Shown here in pieces: positions 36,672 through 49,018 of a stretch of 64,000 nucleotides of DNA (its first letter is position 1; each line of letters begins with the position of its first letter). The notes below the pieces were generated by a model. It did no database searches and had not been told where the DNA came from. It saw only the letters and a list, made by a program, of their open reading frames with translations. A program made the position numbers and the translations under genes. Location of the stretch: contig NC_058368.1 in the NCBI RefSeq assembly GCF_018350175.1, positions 200,200,001-200,264,000 of the forward strand, in the 5' to 3' direction. Source of the stretch: Felis catus. Taxonomy: Eukaryota.

Positions 36672-38609
36672 AAGACTGTGAGCATCTTGAGGGCAGTTAC
36701 TCTACGTTATTTATTTGTGATTCCTTAGAACCCTTTATTAAGTACAGTTGGGATCCCAGAACAGCAAGGATTCTAAGGGATCACCAAAAAAATAACCTTA
36801 TTTTGGAGAAAAAAATACTGAGTTTTTCTTGTTGAAACCGCTCTGCTGAGATTGGGTAACTTATTTAAAATTATTTGGATAATCTTTTTCTGGATGTGTT
36901 TGTGACTTGTTCTTCCTCTTCTCCAGTTAAAAGATAATGGACTTGAACACAGGTAAATAAAGTGATGGGATATTATGAACCTGCCTAAGCATGCCCAGGT
37001 CCTGATCTTCTGATAAGTTGATTATCCCACAGGAGGTCATGCTACCTGTCATTTCGATTTCATAAATTACACAGACGGAACATTTATTACCTACCAGGGT
37101 TCTTGTCTTTATAATTTCCTGTTACAGTAAGAGGTCTTGTGATCATGATTTTATAAACATTGAAGAAAAAAGTGAAAGGCATGCTCCTAATTCAGTCAGA
37201 TTTTAGAGGTGAAGTGAAATGATCTCCAGATTTAGATTAATTTTGAGAGTACCCAATCAGATCAGTAAGTATTTGTTGAAGAATGATGTTAAAATACTTT
37301 GCAAGGTACAGTTTGAGCTATAATTCAACCTCAGGGTTATTGAGGATGCATGTTATTATTGGCAAGCAGATTGTACAGTTAGAATGCAGTCTTTCAAGGG
37401 AAATTGGGAAGATCTTTGTTTAATCACTTAACATGAGATTGGACTACACCTGATCAAATCTTACGTAACAAAAATATTTCTGTGTGAAGTGTGAATGCTG
37501 ATGGGGAAAAAGAAGGCAACTAAGGTTTCAAGTCTAATATCTGCTAATCAACATCTCATATAGTCAGACTAAGAGACACAGGTTTATATAAAAGGTTAAC
37601 TTTAAAATAAATGCATCTTTGATACATTTACTTTCATCCTCCTGTCTGAGTGAAATAATGCCTTTTTTATTATGAAGAAGGCAGAATATAATTTTTAAGA
37701 ACATTTTATGAAAATTTGAAACAGCATGAAACACCTTTCTAGGCTGGTATTTTGTAATGAGATTACATCTATCTATTTTGGTTTGTATAGAAGACTTAGA
37801 GCTCTTTGCTTTATTCATATACAAACTTTTGTTCTATAAATGGCACCCTGAAATACAATGATGAATTTCTAAATTTTAGTTTCCTTGTCAAAAATGGCAC
37901 TATGTTTATGATGTATGTACCAGACAAAGCAAATACTTTTATTTTTGAAAGCCTAATGTTAAAAACCCTTGTAAAAGTTCTATAAAGGCAGTGGATTTTG
38001 TTACAGGAATCAAATTCATTTTAGTTTTTCTGGTTTAGCTGAACTAAGGTTAACATTTTAGATAAAGGAAAATATCTGCCTCAATGCCTTCATCTTATTA
38101 AATAAGAGTTGACAATATAGAATCTATCCTACAATTAGAAAAGGCTGCCTTAATTTTAGTGGTGGTATAATATTGAATTTCAATGTCATTATTGTTTCAG
38201 CTTTAATGTACTAGTTAAACCAAGCAAAATTGCTAGTGGAAATTAGACTTTTTTTTTTTTTTTGGACAGTGAACATGCACTAGTTTGAAACAAAGCCCAT
38301 CTCTTTACATCCTTGCTGCAATAGGGAATCAGGCAAGCAATGAGAGGTCATTGTATTTCTTATACAATGCTATCTTAAAAACATAAAAATGTAGTAATTT
38401 ATGTAAAAATATTACCCACTGGTACTCATTTACTTTGAAAATGACAGATCGTATTTTAGGAAGAAAAATTTCCAAATCCATCTGTGGCCAACTGAAATCA
38501 TTATTCTTGATCTGGTAGACAAACTGTGACTTTAGTCAAGTTATGGTCCAGGTCATTACTTACCATTATTTTTAGTAAAGTTCAACACAATCTAAAAGAC
38601 AGACAATGA

Positions 38610-39630
38610 ATGTGAATATCCTATCTAGCTAGAAGTTGTGGCACAACTGGCCTGACTATGGATTGATGACAGAAAGCTGTGTTAGTAATACCTTACATTT
38701 CTAGAGTTTGTTGTAGCATAGAAAGCATTAAGTTTTCTGGGGACCAGAACTGGGAGCTGCAAAAAAAAAACAAAAAAACAAAAACAGGGGCGCCTGGGTG
38801 GCGCAGTCGGTTAAGCGTCCGACTTCAGCCAGGTCACAATCTCGCGGTCCGGGAGTTCGAGCCCCGCAATCAGGCTCTGGGCTGATGGCTCGGAGCCTGG
38901 AGCCTGTTTCCGATTCTGTGTCTCCCTCTCTCTCTGCCCCTCCCCCGTTCATGCTCTGTCTCTCTCTGTCCCAAAAATAAATAAAAACAAAAACAAAAAA
39001 CAAACAAAAAACAAACACTAGTGGGGTTATGGTACTCAAACAGGGAGCTTCTTTGTGGGCTAGACTTTGAAAACCAGAGGCAGAGAAGAGAAACTAAGTG
39101 GCCTGCTGGAGAAGAAATCTACAGTTGAGAAATCTTTATAAATGAGTAGGTTCCTGAAGAATGGATAAAATACCCTATGCTTGGAAGATCCAGTGCTGAA
39201 TGTTCTTAAAGCACCAATGCTGGAACCCAACAGCACTGTCTTAGTTAAGATATTTCTTGTTCTTGTATCTCCTTCTCCCCCAGTTACAACTCAATAGGTA
39301 GTGGTCTGGTGGAGGTAAAGAGAGAGAGAGAGAAGACACAAGATAGGATGCAATAAACAAAAATCTAATCATACACTCCTTCCCATGACAGGATTTGAAT
39401 GACATGACAGTAATTCCCTAACATTTAACAAAACTAGGTATTTTTAAATTAATAAAATGAGAAGCTTTTTGAGTAACTGTTACTGGAGAAATTTATTATC
39501 TGAAAGAGTACTACAAAGTTTAGGACCAAGTCTAGATTTCAAACAAGAGGCAGAGAAGAACTAGCTGGAAAGAGCAGTTGGAACGTGCAATGGGGGAAAA
39601 AGACTAGGTTGTTTGAGACTGTACCCCAGG
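38610..39630 (+). mobile_element. Ancient LTR (LTR78-like), interrupted by a SINE
   Basis: The 3' part GAAAGAGCAGTTGGAACGTGCAATGGGGGAAAA...TGTACCCCA resembles the LTR78 end, from memory only. Confidence 0.4.
38787..39015 (+). mobile_element. Young feline Can-SINE (SINEC_Fc-like)
   Basis: GGGGCGCCTGGGTGGCGCAGTCGGTTAAGCGTCCGACTTCAGCCAGG head with CpGs intact; inserted in an A/AAAAC-rich tract. Confidence 0.97.
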
Positions 39631-39899
39631 GGGTGTTTGCAGTGAAATGATTATATTTTATGTCATGGAGCATTTTACAATACACAAAACTTTGCATGAG
39701 AACAAAAAATTTATATTCTTTTTCCTCTCTAATCTTACTTACAAGGTAAATAGGACAACCCTGGAAAGATTTAGTGTTTGTCTAAAGGTCCACATGCTTT
39801 AAATGATAATGGGAAGAGAGACTCAGATGTCTGACTCCTATGTAGTTTCTCACTGCTTCAGTTAGCCGCCTCTTCAGACTATCCATCTTTACTTTCACC

Positions 39900-40022
39900 A
39901 AGCTGTCTTTCGTGCCAGATCTATTTGCCACATTACTAGATCCAACATCTAGTATAGAGTGCACATAGTAAAAGCTCAATAAACACATGTTGAAAGAATA
40001 AATGAATGGATGAATAAATAAC
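39900..40022 (+). mobile_element. L2 3' end
   Basis: GCACATAGTAAAAGCTCAATAAACACATGTTGAAAGAATAAATGAATGGATGAAT. Confidence 0.75.
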
Positions 40023-40159
40023 AGACGAATGTATGATTCTATGTTCAAGATACATGGGTCTGAGCTAGTGGTCACATTAAAACCCTTTGAGGTGCGCTAA
40101 CATAATTGACCCACTATGTTTTCCTCATAAAGATGGTAAACCAGACCTGATTTTGCCTC

Positions 40160-40342
40160 CTTTATTTATTTACTTGTTTGTTTTTTAAATTAAAGTATAA
40201 CTTAAAGATAATATTGTATTAGTTTCAGGTGTACCACATAGTGATTATATAATTATAGACATACAAAATGCTCACGATGGTAAGTATATTTACTATCTGT
40301 CACTATATATAATTATTATGATGTTATATGATAGCTATATTT
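40160..40342 (-). mobile_element. L1 3' terminal fragment (L1_Carn7-like)
   Basis: AATATTGTATTAGTTTCAGGTGTACCACATAGTGATT...AAATGCTCACGATGGTAAGT...CTGTCAC with T-rich tail. Confidence 0.8.
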
Positions 40343-41286
40343 TTTTGTGTCTTCACTTTCTTTCATAAGGTTTCTATAGTTTTCAGTGTACAGATCTTTC
40401 ACCTCTTTGGTTAGGTTTATTCCTAGGTATATTATGGTTTTCGGTCAATTGTAAATGGTATCGATTCATTGATTTCTCTTTATGCTGCTTCATTATTGGT
40501 GTATAGAAATGTAACCAATTTATGTACATTAATTTTATATCCTGTGATGTTGCCAAATTTATTTATCAGTTCTAAAAGTTTTTTTGGTCAAATCTTTTGG
40601 GTTTTGCATGGACAGTATCATACCATCTGTGAAGAGTGAAAGTTCGACTTCTTCCTTGCCAGTTTGGATGCCTTTTATTTCTTTTTGTGTCTGATTGTTA
40701 AGGCTAGGACTTCCAACACTATGTTTAACAAAATTGGTGAGAGTAAACATCCCTATTGTGTTCCTGACCTTAGGGGGAAAGCTCTCAGTTTCTCTCCAAT
40801 TAGGATTAGCTGTGAGTGTTTCATATATTGCCTTTATTATCTTGAGGTATGTTCCTTCTATTCCTACTTTCTAGAGGGTTTTTTTTATCAAGAAAGGATG
40901 CTGTATTTTGTCATATGCTTTTTATGCATCTATTGGGAGGATCATATGGTTCTTATCCTTTCTTTTATTAAATTGATATATCACATTGATTGATTTGTGA
41001 GTATTCAACCAGCCCTGCATCCCAGGAATAAATCCCACTTGACTGTGGCAAATTATTCGTTAATGTCTTGTTGGATTCAGTTTGATGATATCTTCTGGAG
41101 AATTTTTACATCCATTGTTCATCAGGAAAATTGGTCTATAATTCTCCTTTTTAGTGGGGTCTTTGTCTGGTTTTGGAATCAAGGTAATACCGGTCTCACA
41201 GAATTAGTCTCGAAGTTTTCCATCCATTTTTATGTTTGGAACAGTTTCAAAATAATAGGTATTAACTCTTCTTTAAATGTTTGGTA

Positions 41287-41503
41287 GGGGCGCCTGGATG
41301 GCTCAGTCAGTTGAGCATCTGACTTTAGCTCAGGTCATGGTCTCGCAGTTCATGAGTTGGAGCTAACAGCTGTGCTGACAGCTCAGATCCTGGAGCTTGC
41401 TTAGGATTCTGTGTTTCCCTCTCTCTTTCTCTGCCCCTCCCCTGCTCATGCTCTGTCTCTCTCGCTCTCAAAAATAAATAAACATTTAAAAAATTTAAAA
41501 AAA
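41287..41503 (+). mobile_element. Can-SINE in L1 ORF2
   Basis: Sense SINE; degenerate TSD AAATGTTTGGTAG / AAAAGTTCGGTAG. Confidence 0.93.
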
Positions 41504-41586
41504 AGTTCGGTAGAATTTCCTGGAAAGCCATCCAGTCCTGGACTCTTCTTTGTTGGCAGATTTTTGATTACTGATTCAATTTCTTT

Positions 41587-41796
41587 TTTAAATTTTTTTT
41601 TAACGTTTTAATTTTGAGACAGAGAGAGAGCATGAACGGGGGAGGGGCAGAGAGAGGGGGAGACACAGAATGGAAGCAGGCTCCAGGCTCTGAGCCATCA
41701 GCCCAGAGCCCGACGCAGGGCTCGAACTCACGGACCGTGAGATCGTGACCTGAGCTGAAGTCGGATGCTCAACCGACTGAGCCACCCAGGCGCCCC
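41587..41796 (-). mobile_element. Can-SINE in L1 ORF2
   Basis: TSD ACTGATTCAATTTCTTT at 41570-41586 and 41797-41813. Confidence 0.96.
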
Positions 41797-42358
41797 ACTG
41801 ATTCAATTTCTTTACTGGTTATGAGTCTGTTCAAATTTTCTAATACTTCCTGGTTCAGTTTTGGTAGTTTATTGTTTCCAGGAACTTTTCCATTTCTTCC
41901 AGATTGTCCAATTTGTTGGCATATAATTGCTCATAATATTCTTTTATTATTGTTTGTATTTGTTGTGTATTGTGTGTTGTTGTATTATTGCAGTATTTGT
42001 TGTGATCTCTCCTCTTTCATTTTTGATTTTATTTATTTGGGTCATTCTCTTTTTCTTTTTGGTAAATGTAGCCTGAGGTCTATAAATTTTATTAATTCTT
42101 TCAAAGAATCATTTCCTGGTTTCCTTGATCTGTTCTTTTTTTTTTCTTGATATTATTGCTTTCTGCTCTAATCTTTATTTTTTTCCCTATTATTTGTTGT
42201 TCTTTTTCCACCTCCTTTATGTGTAAGTTCAGGTTGTCTATTTGAGACATTTCTTCCTTCTTTAGGAAGGCCTGGATTGCTATATACTTCCCTCTTTGCT
42301 GCATCCCAGAGGTTTTGGACTGTTGTATTTTCATTTTCATTGTCTTCCATGTACTTTT

Positions 42359-42580
42359 CAAAAAATATTTTTTAAAAAAGTTTATTTATTTATTTTTGAG
42401 AGAGAAAGAGAGAGCACAAGCAGGGGAGGGACACAGAGAAGGAGGGACAGAATCCCAAGCAGGCTCCACACCATCAGTGCAGAGCTTAATGTGGAGGCTT
42501 GAGCTCACAAACTGTGAGATCATGACCTGAGCCAAAACCAGGAGTTGGACATTCAACTGACTGTGCCACCCAGGTGCCCC
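42359..42580 (-). mobile_element. Can-SINE in L1 ORF2
   Basis: TSD CTTCCATGTACTTTT at 42344-42358 and 42580-42594. Confidence 0.95.
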
Positions 42581-44008
42581 TTCCATGTACTTTTTAATTT
42601 CTTCTTTAATTTCTTGGAAACCCATCATTCTTTAGTAGAATGTTCTTGAATTTCTAAGTATTTGTAGTCTTTTGAAATTTTTTTCTTATGGTTTCATGTT
42701 TCATAGTGTTGTGATCTGAAAATATGCATGGCATGATATCAAACTTTTTGTACTTGTTGAGGACTGTTTTGTGACCCAGTATGTGATCTACTCTGAAGAA
42801 TGTTCCATGTGCACTCAAGAAGAATGTATATTCTGCTGCTTTAGGATGAAATGTTCTGAATATTATCTGTTAAGTCCATTTGGTCCAGGGTGTCATTCAA
42901 AGCCATTGTTTCCTTCTTGATTTTCTGCTTCAATGATCTGTCCATTGCTATAAGTAGGGTGCAAGTGTAAGTACCCTACTATTATGGTATTATTATCAAT
43001 GAGTTTCCTTATGTTTGTGGTTAATTGATTTATGTGTTTAGGTTCTTTCAAGCTGGGGACATAAATATTTATAATTGTAATATCTGGGGGCATAAATATT
43101 TACAATTGTTATATCATCTTGGTGGATAGATACCTTTATTATAATATAATGCCCTTCATCTCTTGTTTCAGTCTTTGTTTTAAAATCTAGTTTGTCTTAT
43201 ATAAGTGTGGCTACTCTGGCTTTCTTTTGGTATCCATTAACATGATAGATGGTTCTCCATTGCCTTACTGTCAGTCTGCATGTGTCTTTAGGTCTGAAAT
43301 TAGTCTGTTGTAGGCAGTATATAGTCTTTTCTTTTTTTTTTTTTTATCCATTCTGATACCCTATGCCTCTTGGTTAGAGCATTTAGTCCACTTACATTCA
43401 GAGTAATTATTTGAAGAAATGAATTTAGTGCCATTGTGTTACCTGTATAGTTGGTGTTTCTGGTGATGTTCTCTGGTCCCTTCTAGTTTTTTACTTTGAT
43501 CTTTTGTTTCTTCTCCATTCAGAGAGTTCCACTTAAAATTTCTTGCAAGGCTGGTTTAGTGGTCATGAACTCCTTTAGTTTTTGTTTGTCTGGGAAACTC
43601 TTTATCTCTCCTTCTATTTTGAAAGCTTTGCTGGATAAAGAATTCTTGGCTGCATATTTTTCTGATTCAGTACATTGGTTATATCCTGCCATTCCTTTCT
43701 GGCTTGCCAAGTTTCTGTGGACAGATCTGCTGCACACCTGGTCTACCTTTGTAGGTTAAAAACTTTTTTTCCTTTGCTACTTTCATAATTTTTTCTGTGT
43801 ATTTTGTGACTTTGACCATGATATACCTTGGTGATGATTCATTTTTGTTAAATCTAATGGGAGTTTTCTGTACTTCTTGGAATTTGATGTTTGTGTCCTT
43901 CCTCAGATTAGGAAAATGTTCAGCTATAATTTGTTCATGTAAATCTTCTGCCCTTTTTTCTCTCTCTTCATCTTCTGGGACTCCTGTGACTTGAATGTTA
44001 TTCCTTTT

Positions 44009-44211
44009 AAAAAAAATTTATTTGAGAGAGAGAGAAAGAGAAGGAGAGAGAGAGAGAGAATGAGTGGGGGAGAGGCAGAGAGAGAGAGAGGGAGACACAG
44101 AATCTGAAGCAGACTCCAGGCTCTGAGTTGTCAGCACAGAGCCCAGTGCAGGGCTCAGACTCAAGAACTGTGAGATCATGACCAAAACTGACTGAGCCAC
44201 CCAGGCGCCCC
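44009..44211 (-). mobile_element. Can-SINE (left member of a pair; deletion in tRNA-derived head)
   Basis: Flanked by TTCCTTTT at 44001-44008 and 44212-44219; lacks the TGAGCTGAAGTCGGACGCT segment. Confidence 0.92.
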
Positions 44212-44392
44212 TTCCTTTTTTTTTCATGAGTGGGGGAGTGTCAGAGAGAGAGGGAGACATAGAAGCCGAAGCAGGCTTCAGGCTCTGAGCTGTCAGTACA
44301 GATCCCTACGTGGGGCTCGAACTTGTGAACTCTGAGATCATGAACTGAGCTGAAGTCAGATGATTAACTGACTGAGCCACCCAAGCACCCCC
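44212..44392 (-). mobile_element. Can-SINE (right member of a pair)
   Basis: The pair is bounded by AATGTTATTCC at 43994-44004 and 44394-44404. Confidence 0.92.
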
Positions 44393-46637
44393 AAATGTTA
44401 TTCCCTTAAGTCCCTGAGTTCTCTAAATCTTGTATCATGATATTTTGGCTTTGTTTCACTCTTTTTTTGTGCTTCATTATTTTCCATAATTTTATCTTCT
44501 ATATCACTGATTTGCTGCTCTGATTCATGCATCCTTGCTATCACGGCATTTATTTGAGATTACATCCCAGTTATAACATTTTAAATTTCAGGCTGCCTAG
44601 ATTTTAGTTATTTTGTCTCCATATAAAGGGATTCTCTGGTGTTTTCTATGCTTTTTTCAACCCCGGCCAGTATTCTTATAATCATGGTTTTAAATTCTAA
44701 TTCATACATTTTACTTATATCTGTGTTGCTTAAATCCCTGGCCTCATTTCTTACTGTTCTTTCTTTTTGGGTGAATTCCTCCATCTTGTCATTCTGGAGG
44801 AAGAAAAAAAATTAAAAAATTAAAATTAAAAAATTAAAAAATCAAATTAATGAAGTCAGATCATAAGTGTGTTTTGGTCTGCTTTTGAGAGAAGCTTAAT
44901 AGAATAGAGAGAAAAGAGAAAGGAAAAACAAGTTTAAAAATTTAAAAATAAAAAAAAATAAATAATATTATAGAATAAAATAAAGAAGATAAAAAATAAT
45001 ACAAAACATTAGAAAAAAAAGAATTTTCTCTTTCTGTATTCAAGAAAGAGAAAGAAAAGAAAGAAACAGAATACAACATAAGCAAAAACAGAAACAAAGA
45101 AAACAAACAAACCAGCAAACAGAATGAGAAAAGAAGGAAGTTACATCCACTTTCCCTTAGAACTGGAACTTTGCAGCTCACTATAGTCTGTAGACTAATA
45201 AACAGGTGGAAGGGATTTGTACTGGTCTTCTGGTGGATTGCCTGGAGGGCACAGGTGGGCAGGGCTTGGTATAATGGCCCTGTTCTCCACTTGGTAGCAC
45301 TGCTTAACTTACTGGGGTTGATCCTTGTGTGTGCATGTGTGCGTGTACATGTGCTAAAGGTGAGAATGGCTTCACCCATTTCCCTAGTTTCTGGCCCAGG
45401 AACTTAGCACCCTCACTGACCCATGATCAAGCACCCCTCCTTCATCTCAGGCTTCTGTCTGCTCCCTGTCTCTACCCTGTCCGTGTCCAAGCTGTCTACC
45501 TGCTAGATGGCTCTTTCCTCCAGAGTTCTATCTCAGATGGGGCTGTTTTTCAAAACTGCACACTTCAGAGACCCCCGTGACTTGGACCCAAGCTGATTCT
45601 CTGGGGGAAGGTCTCCCTGAGCAATGGCTAGGTGTTGGCTTGTCCTAGAAAATGTTCATGGGATCTTGCAGTGGCAGAGGCTCAGAGTTTATGGTTAATC
45701 ACAACACACAGCTGGCAGCAGGTTTTGCTGCCCTCTGGTGCCTTTGTTCCAATATCAGTAAACGTGGCTGCTCTCCAGGGTCTGCCAGGACTTTTGCCCA
45801 TATGGAAGCCATATGGCCTCTAGAAAATGCACTCCAATCAGGGGAACTGCTTCTTCTCGAATGGCACATGGACTGCTCAGACTCTGCTGCCTGCTCCTGG
45901 GAATTTGCTCTACTTTCTTACTGGAGCACAGCCAGGCACTGAGTTAAAACTTTAAGCTCTGTTCTCTACTGTTTATAAAATCCTGGTGTTATTGAAACCC
46001 TCTCCTTTCTCCCTGTCAGTGGTTTTGGGGAACAGTTTTTTTGTCCAGTCTCTGTGAATGTTTTCACTCTTTCTCTTTCTCACCAGCTACTTTTCAGGGG
46101 GAATGCTTTTCTTGCACAATTCCAATCCTCTGCATTCTCATTCTCCCCCTTTCTCTTTCTCTTTCTGTCCTTTCTCCGCAAAAACAGCTCCCTACCCCCT
46201 GAGGCTCTGTGGTGTTTCTCTCTCCCAATTCACCTCTTCACACACCACATACCTGCCATGTTCTCTGGCTCAAAGTATGCAAATTGTTGCATTAATCCTC
46301 AGATCAATTTCCTATGTGTTCAAAATGGTCTGGTATTCTCCTTTTTCTACAATAGTGGACCTACAGGAGGATAACATTTATCCTTGCTTGTCATTTTCAA
46401 CTTTCCAAAGTGATGTTTGTATGCTTTTCCAACATTGTATTAAAATCTATTCAATTGCCCTAGTCAGTGTGTCGGTATGGACATTTATTTAATTCTGATT
46501 ATATATTCCCTTTGAACTTGTCATTCCGTGTTGAATTTGAATTTTCAACCTTACTGCCATACGTGAACATTTATACCAGTTGTCAGATTGGAATATAGCT
46601 GAATGAATGGGGAGGAACTATCTGTGCACAGGGTACT

Positions 46638-46651
46638 GTTGCTAGGGAAAC
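46638..46651. promoter_or_regulatory. RFX X-box-like site
   Basis: GTTGCTAGGGAAAC, close to consensus GTTRCCATGGNAAC; motif match only. Confidence 0.35.
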
Positions 46652-47172
46652 AGTTCCCTACCAAACATTTTTAATGGTGGTTGAATATGAATCAAGGTAG
46701 TTTTCATAGCTATATAGTAGCATTAGAATAAATATATAGTATTTTTAATAAATACACAATAAATCCACGTGGAATATGCATTGAATAATAACTAAGCAAT
46801 GTGTTCATATCAAATCTGCAATTAAAAAGATTGCTTATGTTATATTTCCATTTTTATACATTACTAAAAGAGTACACTCAGTGACTTATGCATCATAACT
46901 AGATGACCCTTATACTCATTATTTAAACAGCTATTATGTTTAGATGCTTTATAAAAAAGTGAAGATTCAGTGTGGCATAGAGGAGAAAGAATTTAGATTT
47001 AGTTTAAATTCTTATATCTGACACTGTCTATATAATTTGGAGGCAATTATTCTCTGTAAGCATTGGTCTCCTCATGATAATAGTATCTACATGATATGTT
47101 AAAAATATGTTACAAAAAGATTATAACAGGTAACTCAAATTCACTGTGTCCAAAATAAAATTGATTATCTTT

Positions 47173-47392
47173 TTTTTTAATTTTTTTTTCAACGTTTATT
47201 TATTTTTGGAACAGAGAGAGACAGAGGATGAACGGGGGAGGGGCAGAGAGAGAGGGAGACACAGAATCGGAAACAGGCTCCAGGCTCTGAGCCATCAGCC
47301 CAGAGCCCGACGCGGGGCTCGAACTCACGGACCGCGAGATTGTGACCTGGCTGAAGTCGGATGCTTAACCGACTGCGCCACCCAGGCGCCCC
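47173..47392 (-). mobile_element. Young feline Can-SINE (SINEC_Fc-like)
   Basis: CpG-rich near-consensus body; perfect TSD AAAATTGATTATCTTT at 47157-47172 and 47393-47408. Confidence 0.97.
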
Positions 47393-48141
47393 AAAATTGA
47401 TTATCTTTGATGGGTACTTGCCAAAATCAGAGGTGAATTTCTAGACAATAAGTAAGTAATTTTAGGATACTAAGAGATGTAGAGACCAGTCAAAAAGATT
47501 TAGTTTACTTTCACTTAATTACTACTCAAAACAATATTATATGACTTTGAGTTGCATTTATATTTTTTATCATGCATCCTTTTGGATATTAATTTTTTTA
47601 AGAGTCTGAGAAGACTGGATTACCCACCTCTGAGGATAGATATTGATCAAAGAGTTTTTCTCACAGTCAGGAGTTCACTTTGAAGAGCCAGCAGAGGACT
47701 TTGTGCCAGTTGGTCACTTCCCTGGTGGTGCTAGTCTTTCTCTGTTTTTCTGATTATGTTAATAAACAAGCTGGAAGTTTTATAAAAACAAAATCTTACA
47801 GTATAATTTATATGTAAGTTATAGATAATGTCTATTGGCAGCAAAGATTTCCATTGGCAGCATTGAATCCCAAGGAATAAGCCCAGAGGTTAGGGTTAAT
47901 TACGAAGAGTTTACAATCATAATTCAATATTTCTATCTTTCTAATTGCCCAAGAACAGGAAACATTAAAATATTATGAGGAATAATGGTATTCCAGGCTA
48001 TAAAGAGTCTCCTAATTTATTATTATCTTTATCCCAATTCTAGATATCTTTCTCTGGCCAAAGATTTTGGCATAACTAGAATTTGTAGTCCCTTAAATTG
48101 GAAATTTTAGTACTATCTTTAACTTTTTACTCCCCTGGACC

Positions 48142-48219
48142 CTACATCTACATCTACATCTACATCTACATCTACATCTACATCTACATCTACATCTACA
48201 TCTACATCTACATCTACAT
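48142..48219. repeat. (CTACAT)13 hexanucleotide microsatellite
   Basis: 78-bp perfect array. Confidence 0.97.
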
Positions 48220-48578
48220 TTAATTATCTGTCAAGTCCTGCTACTTTAAATCCCTATACTACCAATTATTAGTTGTATGAAAGATAAAAATCACTACCTC
48301 TAGCTCATACATCTAATAAAGTGTGATAGTGGAAATTATCCTCAGGAAGTCATATGAGTTCTCAGTAATCTTACAAATGTACAGGGATTTTAGAAATCTT
48401 ACCTTGGCCACTTGAGCTCCTTGTTTTAAGATATTCTACATACATACTAGCTTGCATTTTCAATAAAAGTGGGAGATAAAGCTTATGTGCCAATGCTTTA
48501 TGGAAAATAAATGGAAGTGAGGCAAGGAAGGAGAGAAAACAAATACAAGATACTGCTTACCAAGCTGGCCAGGATTGT

Positions 48579-49018
48579 TATCTGTAGGGGGTATGTTCCA
48601 AGACTCCAGGGGATACCTGAAACTTCATATAGTACCAAATCATAATGTACTGTATTTATTCTTATACATACACAACTGTAATAAAGTTTAACTTACAAAT
48701 TAGGCACAGTAAGAGATTAGCAACAATAGTTAATAATAAAATAGATCAACATACACTAATAAAAAAGTTATGGGAATGTGATCTCTCTCAAAATATTCTA
48801 TTGTACTGTATTCACCCTTCCTGTGATGATGTAAGATGATAAAACGCCTGTTGATGAGATGAAATAAGGTGAATGACACAGGCATTTTGACATACCATTA
48901 GGCTGCTATTGACCTTCAGATGACTTGCCAGGAGGATCGTTCTGATCCTGACCATGGTTGTCCCCAGGTCAATGAAACCCCAGAAAGTGAAACTGGATGA
49001 GGGTGGGAGGGACTACTG
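48579..49018. mobile_element. Tigger2a/MER28-like TcMar DNA transposon
   Basis: GGGGGTATGTTCCAAGAC...ATAAAGTTTAACTTACAAATTAGGCACAGTAAGAGATTA...GGGACTACTG followed by TA; left terminal repeat eroded. Confidence 0.85.

Larger units (their letters stand above)
40343..46405 (-). mobile_element. Decayed carnivore L1: 5'UTR, ORF1, and ORF2 endonuclease/RT part (3' part missing)
   Basis: ORF1 C-terminus EGEIKSFPDKQKLKEFMTTKPALQEIL (ends 43519); ORF2 ATG at ~43434; endonuclease DITIINIYVP...NTIIVG; RT KEIKGIQTGKEEVELSLFTDGMIL (FADD mutated). Many stops and frameshifts; five SINE insertions. Confidence 0.95.

Noticed and set aside
38679..39039. Overlapping 60-103 aa ORFs (also 6832-7026, 47146-47400, 59612-59957 and similar)
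   Set aside because: Recurrent translations of Can-SINE bodies and (GA)n/(TC)n tracts.
43054..43113. 31-bp tandem duplication in the L1 endonuclease region
   Set aside because: Ordinary post-insertion slippage in a dead element.
40559..46492. Many 60-145 aa ORFs, and the possibility of an active L1
   Set aside because: Fragments and antisense frames of a dead L1: catalytic FADD mutated, five SINE insertions, and the ORF2 3' part missing.
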